64,000 bases of DNA, taken from Neoconidiobolus thromboides FSU 785 (lineage: Eukaryota > Fungi > Entomophthoromycota). The notes under the pieces are model-generated. The model was given only the letters and a program-made list of their open reading frames with translations, had not been told where the DNA came from and made no database searches. The position numbers were made by a program, and so were the translations under genes. Positions 35,867-48,635 of the stretch are shown here, one piece after another; the first letter of the stretch is position 1, and each line of letters opens with the position of its first letter. The DNA is taken from positions 13,842 to 77,841 of the forward strand of contig MU626359.1 in the NCBI GenBank assembly GCA_025603075.1, in the 5' to 3' direction.

Positions 35867-37734
35867 TTTATTATTATTTAGTTATTTTTTTATTTTAAAT
35901 AAAATAAGTTTTTAATTATAAATTTTCTTTTTTTTATATACTTTTTTATGAATTAAAAATTAATAGTTTCGGTATTTTAAATATTAATGTCTTCGGTCTT
36001 TTTTTATTTTATTCTAGAAATTTAGACGTGAGACGTCAGCTGAATGATGTGGCTTATAGTTTTTCAATGTAATGCAGGGAGTTTAATATACTGCGTAAGA
36101 TTATATAATTAGGGTTGGCTACTTTATTCTTTATTGAGGTTATTGGGGTTATTAGGTTTTGGTAGATGTAAATATTAAAATGAGTAGAGAGAGATAGGTA
36201 AGATTATTATATTATTGTTGCATTATTGTTGATTTTGGTATTTCATTTTAATCCTTTATTTTATTATACTGACTTTTATAAGATCAAACTCGCATTGATT
36301 TTCTGAAACTTTTTTAACATATTTATTTAATAGGTTTTTCATTAGGCTGGTAGTATAATATATAAGAATATAATAGAATCAAGACAACAAACAAACATTT
36401 GATTATGGTGTTATTTATAGATTTCTGTTATTATTGAGTCATCACCAATCATTTTATTATTTTTAACAAATATAAAAACAATTCCTACTTCTCTGTTTTT
36501 TTCTTTTAATTCATGCTTAATTATAAAAATATAAAAACCCTTCCCCCTTATAAATAACACTAAATTCTCAGATTAACCGAAGCCCTCTTAATCGCAAAAG
36601 CAAGTTAATTTTTTTGCTTTTTCTTTTACATCATATCATCTGGTTTTTAGTTTCTGAATGATGATAATAACCTTGCTTTTCTTGTTTTCCTACTTTTTGA
36701 TCATAGTTTTTTATTGTTGTTATCAAGTTATTAAACACTTGAGTTATAAAGTCGAAATAATGTATTTTCTGAGGTTTAGCTCTTTTAGGCTAAAAAGATT
36801 CTTGCCTTTAGCATTATATTATAAAACATGATTACGAGATGTTTACTAGTTTTCGCTGTCAATCTAAACTAAACAAATAAGTTTTTTAAATATTGTTTAT
36901 AGTCAAAATATCACAATTTTCAAATCTTGATTTTTTTATAAAAAAATTAAAGAATTTAAACTTGTTTATTCCTATAATTAGAAATTAAAAATTATTTTCC
37001 TTATTTAAAACGAAGAATTCAGGATTTTATTGATTACTTTTATTCTACTGCACTTAAAGGCGATAGTTATATATTGGATAATATATAAACCAACTATATA
37101 GATAACGCAGACTACATTTCTTTGGGTGTTTTGGCCTTTATTTTTTAATCCACGCCTTTGTAATATTACTAAATAAAGTAAATTACAATCCACTTAGGTG
37201 ACAGCGTTACCTACTGTCAATCCTACGTTTATTAATTGTAATATCACTTTTAGTTGTTTTAATATTAATATCAATATCCTTTACATGTCAAAAGCAAATA
37301 AAAACATAACACAATGGTTTTTTAGTATAGACTTAAGTAATTTTTGTAAAATGAACAAAGTTATTTATTTCAACTATATTTTGCTGTATATCACTAGCTT
37401 TCTTGCTGAACAAATCCTTTAAAATATTAAGCATCAAAACATTAGCAGGCTGATAGATAATTATTGATTACTTGCTATATTAAATAATTTCAAATAAGTC
37501 AAAGGAATATAAGCAATGTATATAATTATAAATAAATCAATAATTTATTCTTATCACAATTAAATAATCAACTGATCCATTGTCTTTAATAGTAAAAATC
37601 GAAGTTTTAGTTTCACTTCTAAGTCCATGCTTAATAGTAAATAGCACTAAAAATTAATCTAAAATGTAACACTTATTTCAACAATTTAGTATAAAGCCTT
37701 GTTTGCAATATATTGATTAACTGCATTTCCAAAA

Positions 37735-38948
37735 TCACTCCTTTTTAAAATATTTTGAAGCAGTTTCAGTCTCTGGTGACTCTTCCTTTTTTACTTTTGT
37801 AGCCTTGTTATTTAACCTTTCAAAGCTCAAACTGTCTTCTTTTTCTTCTAACTCAATTTTGATCTCAGGCTCCCCTGTCTCTAATTTTGGTCGCATAGCC
37901 GATCTGACATTACCCCTTTTCCCTAGCTTAGAAGTTTTATCAAACGAGGGACAATCCTCTGCAACAGGGCATTCAAAGCATCTAGGTCTATTCCCTAAAA
38001 TAGAATTAATCCATACTTTTTATTGCAATAACTCAAAAACTTACCAATACAAACGGTTTGCCCAAAACCAACCAATAAAAAGTTAATCTCTTTCCAGTAT
38101 TTCTTAGGCAATACATTTTCCAACGCTACTCTAGTTTGTTCCGGTTCTTTTGTTTTCACCCACCCTAATCGATTGCTAATCCTATGTACATGGGTATCTA
38201 CACCAATCCCTATATTATAATTCCAACCACATTGTAATGCTAGGAATGCCATTTTAGGACCCACCCCTGGAAGTTTCAATAATTCTTCTAAATTATCTGG
38301 TATATCATTATCATATTCCTCTAAACAAATTCTTGCTGTTCGTTTGATATATTTCCATTTTAAATTATGAAACCCCACTTTAGTGATACATTGATGTAAT
38401 TTTTCTTCATCCATATCTACTAATAATTGAGGAGTAAGTGGTTTTCCGCATGCTTGCCTCAGTTTTTTCATAGCTAAATAAGTGTCCTCATCTCGCGTTT
38501 GTGAGGATAAGATTAAAGATATTAACACGTGAAATCGAAATTCCTAAGTTATGTAAATTATATGAATACATAAAAATAGCATTTGATGACAAGACTTACT
38601 TTTCCTGTTAATTTTTCATCATCCCCACGTTCACAACCCATAGAGTCAACAGGTGCCGAATGAGTTTCTCTATATTTTCTAATTTTTAGAAAAGTTGATT
38701 CCCAGTTACTTGGGGGCTTATGACTTAGAAATGGACCACTAGTTATTAATACCTTCTTGGTTGCAGCTAGTATATATTTATTTTGATTAATATTAATAAT
38801 TCTTATTAATTTTATTTAATTTACCCTTTTTAACTTTTTTTGGCTTCTCCTCTGGTGAAGTAATTGTCATTGAACTATCGATATCGATTTCCTTTTTTAT
38901 TGTTGGTTCTATTTCCGTCTTTATTTTACTATGGCTTCTTAGCTTCAT
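37735..38948 (-). CDS. NTH1: Endonuclease III-like DNA glycosylase/AP lyase, multi-exon
   Basis: LSSQTRDE, HhH LPGVGPKMA, VDTHVHRI; 4Fe-4S motif C-x6-C-x2-C-x5-C spans the last intron. Confidence 0.95.
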
Positions 38949-39148
38949 GATTGTTGAAATTAGATATTTTTTTGAATTTTGAATTTTAAATAAAATAGTA
39001 AAAAGATAATCAAATTATTACGATAGCTTAGCGTATGTAATATTTTAGTCATTAGCATTTGGCATAAGAAAATTCAGAATCGATCGTGAATATTTAGCAG
39101 TAAAAGTGAATAAAATAAATCACTTATCAAAATAAGCTGTGTGATATA

Positions 39149-39231
39149 TGATCAGGATGGGATTCGAACCCACGCCTCCGAAGAGACCGCGGCCTTAACA
39201 CGGCGCCTTAGACCAACTCGGCCACCTGATC
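39149..39231 (-). tRNA. tRNA-Leu (AAG)
   Basis: GATCAGG/CCTGATC-A acceptor, loop TT-AAG-GC, long variable arm, GGTTCGAATCC. Confidence 0.96.
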
Positions 39232-39422
39232 TTAATAATTGAGCACTCCAGCAAATTTAAAATAAAATTTCAACAAAATGAAATAATTGAGTAAAAAAAT
39301 AGGCAGTATAACAAATATTCAAAGATAGGAAAGTAAATAAAAACAAAATGAACAACACTGAAAAATTAAATTAATAAAAGCACACTTTATTCAGTTTAAT
39401 TGAAAATAAATACTAATCCCAC

Positions 39423-40685
39423 TTAAGCAAACTCAATTTTACTATTTCCATTGAAGGTGGCAGCTCTAGCGGACCCAGCAGTTGGAGGAGGATGGGATTC
39501 ATCACCAAGATGACCAGTCTTAAAATTTCTTCTATCCTTGTCAAGGTGAGGGACTACGTCTTTATTTTTACTAACGACCTCAGTGTTTCCGTTAAAAGTT
39601 TCAATAACAAATCTTCCTTTGAAAGTAGCTGGGAGGGAGATAAAAGTGTTTCCATTGACAGTAGCTGAGTCATAGTTGATTTCATGATGGGGGCGATTAG
39701 CTTCATGAGACTCATCATGAAGTACTTTTATACTAGTGTTTCCATTCACGGCCTTTGCATGTACTTTATTGGAATTCTTGGCTGTTAAATCAACGTTACC
39801 ATCAACAGTAGCACCAACTACATGATCAGCTTTAATATTAGTGGTAGTGACATGGCCATGAGTGGCAAATAAAGCTACACTTTGACCGGTGGTACCTTCA
39901 ACATGAAGGTTACCAGAAACGGTGCCAAGGTTGATTTGATTAACAATCAAGTCTTTGATTTTAATATCACCACAAACCAATTTAAGTTCCAACTTTTGTA
40001 AAGTTAATTTGCCTTTAAAATCAGTTTCTATATCGCCGACTGGTAAATGAGACCAAAATTTTTCAAGGTGATCCAAGTCATTAGGAAGATAAATTAAAAT
40101 ATTAGCCTTAATACATTCCCCATTATTGTGGAATACTCTTGGCCCACGAATACTGAAATCATAAGAATCTTTATTAATATGGAAACCTACATGAACATCA
40201 TCGGCTACTTTAACATTACTGATAAAGATTTCAGGTTCTATTTTAATGTTTGGTGAATCGTGACGTGCAAATTTTACAGTACTGAATTTGACGCTTCCAA
40301 TCATGCCAACTCCAAAGGAGGTATGCTCTTTGGCGTTGAATTCAAAGGTTTCCTCTATTTTGTATGGAATGGTAGGATTGCAAACTGGTCTGGGTCCATG
40401 GCCATGACCTGGACCATGACCCGGTCCGTGTTCATGACCAGGGTGATAATAGGGTTTCATTTCACTATTTGCGTGCTGAAATGGGCAGTTGAATTGAACA
40501 GTTGAAGCTAATTGATAAAAACCAAAGACTAATAAAGAATAAAGAATAAGTTTAGTCAACACTCTTAATACACTGCACTTTCTTTTTTTGGGTTCTTCTG
40601 GTAAAGGCTCAGTATTGTTACCCTCTTCGCATAATAATGCTTCTTTTTCGTTATGTACTGGATAATACGCTTTTGTATCACTCAT
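39423..40685 (-). CDS. Single-pass membrane protein with DUF4097/putative adhesin-type beta-strand repeats
   Basis: TM near residues 40-60, His/Gly/Pro linker, repeated (T/V)xxGxx units (TVSGNL, TVDGNV, AVNGNT, TVNGNT, TFNGNT). Confidence 0.75.
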   Translation of the reverse strand: MSDTKAYYPVHNEKEALLCEEGNNTEPLPEEPKKRKCSVLRVLTKLILYSLLVFGFYQLASTVQFNCPFQHANSEMKPYYHPGHEHGPGHGPGHGHGPRPVCNPTIPYKIEETFEFNAKEHTSFGVGMIGSVKFSTVKFARHDSPNIKIEPEIFISNVKVADDVHVGFHINKDSYDFSIRGPRVFHNNGECIKANILIYLPNDLDHLEKFWSHLPVGDIETDFKGKLTLQKLELKLVCGDIKIKDLIVNQINLGTVSGNLHVEGTTGQSVALFATHGHVTTTNIKADHVVGATVDGNVDLTAKNSNKVHAKAVNGNTSIKVLHDESHEANRPHHEINYDSATVNGNTFISLPATFKGRFVIETFNGNTEVVSKNKDVVPHLDKDRRNFKTGHLGDESHPPPTAGSARAATFNGNSKIEFA

Positions 40686-41060
40686 TTTATTTCTTAAAGA
40701 GAAAACAGTGGTTTAGGTTTTTTTAGTATTTATGATGTCTTTTTTGAATTATGCTTGGAAAAGTTTGGTTTTTATAATTTGCTTGGCATTACCTTTTAAA
40801 TCTAGTGATCTCAAACTTTGGTTTAAATTCAAAAGTCCAATCACTTAAACTGCTTTTTTTTAAACTTTTAATTGTTTGGTTCGAATTTACTAGTTACTGC
40901 TTAGTTATTTATTAATTCGGGCTAATATTATTCAATTGCCCTTGATATTATACATACAACAATATTAAAAATACTTTTGATATTCTCAAGTCATGAATGA
41001 ACAGAGAGTTACGGGTTAGCATTGAATTTAAATGAGAGTATATTTAAATAACTTGAGAGC

Positions 41061-41164
41061 ATATGAGGATGTTTTTTCTGGTTTCATTACTTTTTCCATC
41101 TTTTAGACGCTATTTGAGTGGAAAAATTGGTAGTAAAATTCTTAAAAAAAATACATCCCCATAT
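41061..41164 (-). mobile_element. MITE-like element
   Basis: ATAT-GAGGATGT...ACATCCCC-ATAT. Confidence 0.9.
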
Positions 41165-42022
41165 TTTAAAACTCTAAGGTACCAAGAATATTAGCCCAAA
41201 TCGAGGTGACTGTTAGAAAATAAATAAAAACAGGAAATTAATAACTCATTACTGGTTCTATTTAAACATGGGTTGGGCATTTAATTTTGTGTCTTTTGAG
41301 TTTAACCATCGTAATTTTTTCTATTTTTATAATAACAAATATGAAATTAAATATCTCAATTCATGTTTAAATTAAACAATTAACAAGGTTTTTATAAAAA
41401 ACGGGTTTAGTCATTCAAACTTTGTTCAATAGTCGTAATATAGTAAATTTACTAACAATCCTTAATGAGGGTAAACAAATGTCTGAAAAAAATCAAATTT
41501 TTTGATTAGATCTTCATAGTAAAAAATGGCTAATAGGTTTTTAGGAACCTTAGGACTAACTTTGATACTAATGTCACTATTACTGTTTCTATTATTATTT
41601 TATGAAGTGTAATAGTGCATCTTTGAGTATAAGATAAGCTTACTACTGCTTTAACTATTTTCTTGCACTTAAAAACATATTTATGGTATTTTTGAAATTG
41701 AAATTGGGAATTTTTTCGATTGAAACTTGCTTTACATAAAATTTGATTATTTTTACTAAGTTTGTATTAAAAAATTAGACATTTATATTTATCCTTGGTA
41801 TAATCGCATTTATTTTTAAAGATCAGTTAGAATTGCTGTTATTAGTGTAAGTGTTTAGATTAACTGCTCCTGTAGCTCTTTTTAGATGACAGCCACACCC
41901 TAACATCTTATATACAGCCAAATCTATTTATTAAACTATGTAATAGCTATATTAAGTAATCATTAAGAAAGAAATGCTAATTTAAAAATTAATATATTGC
42001 ACAAACCATTTCACTAAAATCC

Positions 42023-42129
42023 ATATGGGAGTGTTTTTTTTGATTTCATTATTTTTTCCATTTTTAAAGCACTATTTGAGTGGAAAGATTGTTAGTAAAA
42101 TTCTTAAACACAAAAAAACACCCCCATAT
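42023..42129 (-). mobile_element. MITE-like element
   Basis: ATAT-GGGAGTGT...ACACCCCC-ATAT. Confidence 0.9.
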
Positions 42130-42324
42130 GCTAAGTTTAAACTTATTAAAAAAGACTATGATAAGTATACTCATTAAATATATCGAAGTAACTAACGTAA
42201 GTCTTAGCTGAAAAATACACTTGGATTTAAAATAAATACAGCTAAACCATTTTAAATTGTTATAATTAATTGAACTATAATATTTGAGTTTGCTATCCAT
42301 AAGGTAACTATATATTAAGGGGCC

Positions 42325-42430
42325 ATATGGCGATACATTTTTGTGTTTAAATATTTATTAACAATTTTTCTGCTCAAATAATACTTAAAAGATGGAAAAA
42401 ACAATGAAGCCAAAAAAAACAGCCTTATAT
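42325..42430 (+). mobile_element. MITE-like element inserted in a family A promoter
   Basis: ggggcc-ATAT-[98 bp]-ATAT-ttttaaaa, versus the empty site ggggcc-ATAT-tttttaaag at ~47335. Confidence 0.92.
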
Positions 42431-42477
42431 TTTTAAAATCATATAAGATAAAAATCATCTAATGTTATTAACTGAAA

Positions 42478-43100
42478 ACGAACTTTAATACTGTTGCTTC
42501 TCCTTTTTCATTTTGATTATCTTTTATTGCTCTAGAATTTCCTTTTAATTACATGTACTGAGGGTATTAATGATAAAATCATCAGTAACTTTAAAGGATT
42601 GTTACATACATGTAATGCCTAACTGATTGCCGATGATTGCCAACTTGAATGAAAAATGTTTCGAGATAGAAATAAAAAAGATATAGCTGACATTATTGAG
42701 TACTATAATAACTCATACTATGGCCTTTCTTTTAAGGCCCGATACCCAAATAGATAATTTAATAGTGAGCAGGTGCTAGTTTTCAGTAGTTTTAAGGAGA
42801 CACTAGACGAATTGGCCCTATTAGTTAAAATAGCGAGGACGATAGCGTCAGAAGCAAAAGCGTCAATGATAAAGGCGATATTTCAAATTGACTTATTGCT
42901 ATTACAACCAACTTTGAACAGATTTAAGGAGTGCAAAACAAAGTTGAATTTGAAAAGTCTCAAGGCGGAATCAATAAAGTATCTGGAGAGTTCGCGAAAG
43001 GAAATAGAAAAATTTATTGTAGATCATATCCTAGATATTTGAATATATCTAAAAAAAAATCCACTTCAAGTCTCTTTTTAACCACTTGGACTAATAATGT
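42478..43100 (+). pseudogene. Small secreted protein family A pseudogene
   Basis: ACG in place of the start; FKGLLHTCNA*LIADDCQLE*KM...NSYY...RFKECK. Confidence 0.85.
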
Positions 43101-43981
43101 ACTCTACAGCCAGTCTAAAGAGATTTATTTAGGAATTTCATTCATTTTCATTTAAACAATTTAAATTTAAATACAATTAAGCTTAAACAAAACAACCACA
43201 TTGTTCTTTGAATCAACCTAGCATTATATATGCAATAAATTTCTATTTCTATGAAATGCTTAGTAGTTAGTTTAAAATTTAAAATTTTAGTTCTTTGTTA
43301 AAACGTAAGCTAATGCCATAAATCCAATAATTATAGTCAAATCGATTTATGCTAGATTTCGTATAAAATATAATCTTAAACAAGGACAAGTATATTAGTA
43401 AAATCTATATAAATGATGTATATTTTTATAATATTTTTAATGTTTATTGTTTTAGTTATCATAAACTTTTGTTGATTTTCATATATAAATCAAGTAAGCT
43501 GATTAAAATTTTAGTACTATTAGAAACTTAATAGTGTTTTCATTATGTCAATTTCCAGTGCATATACATCATATACAATATTACAAAATATCAGACCATC
43601 AATTTTTATGATTCTTCATTATAAAACAATAAAATGATAAATTGTAAAAATAAATGATATGCTATTCAAATATTTAAATTATTTTGTAATACTGTAACTC
43701 TTTATTTGATTTAGTATGATTTTTTTGATTGTAAATTTTTTATTTATTTAACAAAGCTACATTCGAAAATTATAATCGTAAGATATACAAAAGTAGTTAA
43801 AGGATCCTTTGTCAAAACTAGATCCTATAGTTCAAACAAATAGAGTTAGATCTAATTCAAATCAGTATAACTACTTCAAGTTCGATATTTTATTTTGCTG
43901 GTTAAAGGGTTTTTACTTATCAAAGAAGCTCCATTTTTAAAAGCATGTAAGTAAAAAACCATGCAACTGTATCAACAAAAA

Positions 43982-44560
43982 ATGAGATTTGACAATTTTG
44001 CCTCTACTTTTTTGATTTCTTTAACTTTTATTGTTGCTACCCTCCCTCCTAATGATCATGGCTTAAAGCCCATTGGTGATAAAATTCTTAATATCGTCGA
44101 AGTATTTTTATTTGTCCAGGATGGCCAAAAAATTGCTGATAACTGCCAGCCTAAACGAAGTATTTCACAAGTTCAGAGTATATATGAATTTAATTCCATC
44201 TTTGATGCCTACGGGGAATCTCACCTCAATGTTTTATATCAAAATCCAGTCAGAATCAACGAATTTGATACTTAATGACATTAAATCATAGAGGTAATCA
44301 AATTGGCCCAAGATCAATTTGCTATTCATAGAGAAAGAATAAAAAAATAGCCTTTAAAAGTGAATCTATTGGTACCGAAATAAGCCTCGGTCAAATATTC
44401 AAAGGGTGTGTATCTTCCAAAGAATATCATGTAATCTGTGTTCAGCTTGTAGATATATCCAAATGTTCTTGGGATAGAGGTAAACTCAATATAAGAAAAT
44501 TACGCTCTAAATTTGATATAACCAAAAAGAAGCTTTTGATATTATAAAAAGGTCTGAAAG
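43982..44560 (+). pseudogene. Small secreted protein family A, truncated or pseudogenised copy
   Basis: MRFDNF signal peptide, DHGLKPIGDKI, IADNCQ; premature stop at 44275; downstream FKGCVSSKEYH in another frame. Confidence 0.8.
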
Positions 44561-45254
44561 TATTGATTTTTAATTACTTGTGCTTAAAATGACTTATGAA
44601 GTTGCTCTAAAGATCATTTAAAGTGTCTTTCGAGTTAATTAAACAATATTATATAGTTAGTTTCAATTGTAATATTATGACTTTAGATACATAAATATTT
44701 ATATTGATTTAAGGTTAGATAGCGTAGTCTGAGGTAATTTCATTTAATTAATAGTAAAAATTTCATTTATTTGTAAGACTTTTTACTAAGGTAAAAATTC
44801 AAAAAATAATAAGTATAGCCATTGAAACTTATGCTGATAGTACATTTGTATATATATTTCAGTGTTTAAATGTGTAAGTTAAGTTAAACTTACATTGTTT
44901 TCATATATAAGTTAGGTAATTTGAGTTAAACAAATGGAAATGTTTTTTATTAATTGTCTTTTTTGCTATTTTTTTAAATTAGAAATTAATTAGCCATTAT
45001 ATTGTTTAAGTTTCGATATGTGCTAAATAACTGTTCATTTTAATAGAAATTAAATTAATAGCCTTGAAATCACTAGATTGAACAAGCAACTATAAATTCA
45101 TCACTTGTCAGCACAAACTTGAACTTAAGCATCTGCCTTAATTAATTTTTGAAAAAATAGTAAAAAAGGGTAAAATAAAAAACATTCCCAAATACCAAGC
45201 AAACTTTAATGGTATTTCTATCTTAATAAAACTCATAGCTTTAATTCTTTAAAC

Positions 45255-45349
45255 TGTATAATGTGTTTTTGAATTTATTAAGAATTTTTCTGCTCAAATA
45301 GCACTTAAAAGATGAGAAAAGTGATAAAGCCAAAAAAATTATCTCTGTA
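45255..45349 (+). mobile_element. MITE-like element (degenerate)
   Basis: tttttctgctcaaatagcacttaaaagatgagaaaagtgataaagccaaaaaaa. Confidence 0.75.
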
Positions 45350-45427
45350 CATATTATATTAAATGTCACTATTTTTTGTTTTTATAATAACTTAGCGTAT
45401 CAATTAAAGTATACTACATAAAGTATA

Positions 45428-45529
45428 ATATGGGGTGTATTTTTTGGTTTCATTACTTTTTACATTTTTTAATCGCTACCTGAGCAGAAAAATTCTTAAT
45501 AAAATTAAACAAAAAATACATCCTCATAT
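45428..45529 (-). mobile_element. MITE-like element
   Basis: ATAT-GGGGTGT...ACATCCTC-ATAT. Confidence 0.87.
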
Positions 45530-45685
45530 AGTGTAATTTTAGTTAATATCATTTGAGTTGTTATAATAAAATTAAAAGCTGCAAACCATTTTATCAAAGA
45601 ATGTAAAGCAGATAGAATTAAAATTGATTCAAGTAATTATAGTAAGTAGAGTATGCGTTTTAAGTTTCCTGTAAGTGGGGTAATC

Positions 45686-45791
45686 ATATGGGGATGTATT
45701 TTTGTATTTAAGAATTTTACTGACAATTTTTCCACATAAATAGCGCTTAAAAAATGGAAAAATAATGAAACTAAAAAAAACAGCTCCATAT
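45686..45791 (+). mobile_element. MITE-like element
   Basis: ATAT-GGGGATGT...ACAGCTCC-ATAT, just upstream of the 45868 pseudogene. Confidence 0.9.
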
Positions 45792-45867
45792 ATTGAGGAG
45801 TAATATTTGTAGAAAAATACATAGCAAAAATTTACTACTTTAAGATGTTTAACTATATCAATCAAAG

Positions 45868-46380
45868 ATGAAGTTTAATGCTTTTATTTGGCTTTTACTA
45901 CTGAAGCATCCAGATCTAAATATCATGGTTTAAGAACTATTGGTGATGAAGTTATCGAAAGTTTTAAGAGATTATTGTATATCCATGATGATCAATTAAC
46001 TACCGGTAACTGTTAAATTGAATAAAAGAATGTACAAGCTGGAAAAAGAGAGGAATTCGATATTATCTTTCGAGCTTGTGATCAGACTTTTAATGATCTT
46101 TTAAATCTAAATCAACTTAATATAAATGAATTTAATATTAAGCTACAGAAAACTCAATGCAGAATTAAAATAGCTCGAGCAATTCACTGCTACCAATGGA
46201 GCTACCAATGGATATAAGAATATGATAAATAATGGAGGAAATAACAATAGTAATATCGGAAACGGGTATGCTGCCAGCAAACTCAACTTAGAATAAAGTT
46301 GAAAAGACTGCAAATCTTGCGTTGGTTGTAATGGATTCCTCACTAGAGCCTTCAGAATATTTAGATTGAAGTTAAATTAT
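45868..46380 (+). pseudogene. Small secreted protein family A pseudogene
   Basis: MKFNAF, frameshift, YHGLRTIGDEVIESFKRLLYIHD...NC*IE*K...ACDQ...KDCKS. Confidence 0.85.
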
Positions 46381-46828
46381 TACTCTCATAGAGAACAACG
46401 ATTAACCATTGAGGTTGTATATATCTTAAGAATTAAAAATGTTAGGTGTGACCTTAAACTTGTTCCTTCCTTAGCTACTTGTACGAAAGAAGCTATAAAA
46501 AGCTATTCTAAATATCGTTAAATTATTTTTTAATATAACTTTTCAGAATAGATCCAAAGAAAGTAAATTTCACTAAATATTTAATGATATTTTAAATTTC
46601 AATTTGATGATTTTACGTGCAAATAAGAATATTAATATAATATTTAATTAATATAGCTTAATTTAACATAAAGTTCTCAAAGGCGATAGTTCTATCCATC
46701 CTTACGATATTTCATCAATAATAAAACTCTAAAGCAATCGACACAGATATAAAAATCAATGCTAATATGCATGTTTTCTAAAAAATTTGTAATTGTTAAA
46801 TGTTTAAATTAAGCTAATTATTTTCAGT

Positions 46829-46931
46829 ATATAAAGCTATTTTTTTTGGTTTCATACTTTTTCCATTTTTTGAGCGTTATTTAGGCGGAAAAATTGTTAA
46901 TAAAATTGCTAAGCAAAAATATATTCCCACT
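46829..46931 (-). mobile_element. MITE-like element (degenerate)
   Basis: Reverse family core ttccattttttgagcgttatttaggcggaaaaattg. Confidence 0.75.
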
Positions 46932-47310
46932 TATTGTATATTTATAATAAATATTACAAGCAATAAAAGCCAGTTATAATTTTAAAAAAATAAAAGAAAA
47001 ATAAGAACCTGTTTTTTTCCACTCATTTCCTTAAATATCTTCAATAAAGGCAAGCTGTGCATACGCTATAATATTGAGTCTATATTATTTATGTAATATT
47101 ATTTATTCGCTATTTTTATTCAACTAGGTGGTCATATTATGTAAATATATTTGTTAAGCTTAGAATATAAAAAATACAAGTATACTCGCGGAATATGCCT
47201 AAGTAGATAAAGTGCTCCTTATTGGAAGTGGATTCCCTCAGTTAAAATAAATAAAGCTAACCTAAAATTAAATCAACCCAATTAATTCAAGTATTATTTT
47301 TAGTTTGCCG

Positions 47311-47376
47311 TCCACGGAATAATTATGTATTAAGGGGCCATATTTTTTAAAGTATATAAGACAAAATTGTATCGAT
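47311..47376 (+). promoter_or_regulatory. Conserved upstream block of family A genes
   Basis: TCCACGGAATAATTATGTATTAAGGGGCCATAT...TATATAAG; homologs at ~42296, ~49040 and 63686. Confidence 0.6.
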
Positions 47377-47407
47377 TAAAGACATCATTGAACTTCACCA
47401 AACAAAA

Positions 47408-47977
47408 ATGAAATTTAGTACTACTACTTTTACTTCTTTAATTTGCTTAACTTCCTCTGCTGCAGCATTTTCTTTTAATCACCATAGCTTAAGAGGTATT
47501 AGTGACGAAATCATTGGTGGCTTTAAGGGATTATTGCATATCCGTGATGTCCAGCCAATTGCCAATGATTGTCAATTTGAGCAAAAAATGTCCCAAGTTA
47601 AAAATAAAGAAGATTTTATTAACACTATTAAGTACTGCGACAACTCTTACTATGATCTTTTGTATGAAGGTAAATACTCAAGTAAGGAACTTAATAGTGA
47701 ACGGGAACAGCTTTTCAATAAATTTAAGGTAGCCTTAGAGAAACTCGATCCTAATCAAAAGAACAATGAAATTACTTTTGAAGATGGGCCTATTAATTAC
47801 GTATTAGACCTTAATAAAAGATATAAAGAATGTAAATCTCCCACTGATTATCGTGGACTCTACAATGAAGTCAAAGATACATATGATCGCCTTAGAGAAA
47901 ATCGTTATGTTGATCAGAGCCGATTACAAGTTGAATACGCAGACATCAAAAACAAATTTTCTAGTGTTCTAAATTAG
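47408..47977 (+). CDS. Small secreted protein, family A (intact, 189 aa, unknown function)
   Basis: Signal peptide ending ..SSAAA, HHSLR motif, three Cys, charged helical body, intronless. Confidence 0.88.
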   Translation: MKFSTTTFTSLICLTSSAAAFSFNHHSLRGISDEIIGGFKGLLHIRDVQPIANDCQFEQKMSQVKNKEDFINTIKYCDNSYYDLLYEGKYSSKELNSEREQLFNKFKVALEKLDPNQKNNEITFEDGPINYVLDLNKRYKECKSPTDYRGLYNEVKDTYDRLRENRYVDQSRLQVEYADIKNKFSSVLN

Positions 47978-48537
47978 ACTTTTAATATTGGGTTTTAACT
48001 GCTCGCCTTTAAAATGGCTTATAAAGATACTTTAAGGATTATTTAGTTTATTCCTAAATTATTATAATAAATATAGTTACAACTTTATTATATGTCCAAT
48101 AGTTTATTTACGCTTTTACTTTGCAGCTTTAATTATATAAATGTACTTTTGATATTCAGACAAACAATATAGCTTAACTTTGGATAATGTATTCAATGGT
48201 AAGTTTTGTGTATTTGCCCTCTCCTTTTATTAAAAAATAAATCTTTGGATAGCAATAAGTATAAATGTAGAAGTTCATGCTAATAATTATATTATTTATA
48301 CTTGATATCTAATGTTTGTTTACTAAATAGTATATACATTTTGAGTTAAAACACTTACTGTTTCTTATAACAACTTAGGCTATATTAATTACAATACATC
48401 TATATTTAATATAATAGCAGTATTTTAATTGATATTGATTGATCTACTATAAAGAATCAAAACACAAAAGTCATTTTACCAGTGAGTGTAGGCCAAATAT
48501 AACTAAACCATTCCTGCTAACTACAATCAATTAAACT

Positions 48538-48635
48538 ACATGGAAATGTTTTTTTAGTTTCATCGCTTTTTCATTTTTAAAGTTCTATTGAATGAAAAAG
48601 ACAGTAAATCTTTGAACGAAAAAGGCATCTTTATG
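48538..48635 (-). mobile_element. MITE-like element (highly degenerate)
   Basis: tggaaatgtttttttagtttcatcgctttttcatttttaaagttctattg. Confidence 0.6.

Noticed and set aside
37005-37422. Short Ile/Phe/Asn-rich ORFs (also 11122, 21906, 22298, 42064, 45629, 45637)
   Set aside because: Composition is typical of random frames in AT-rich DNA; several overlap MITE copies.
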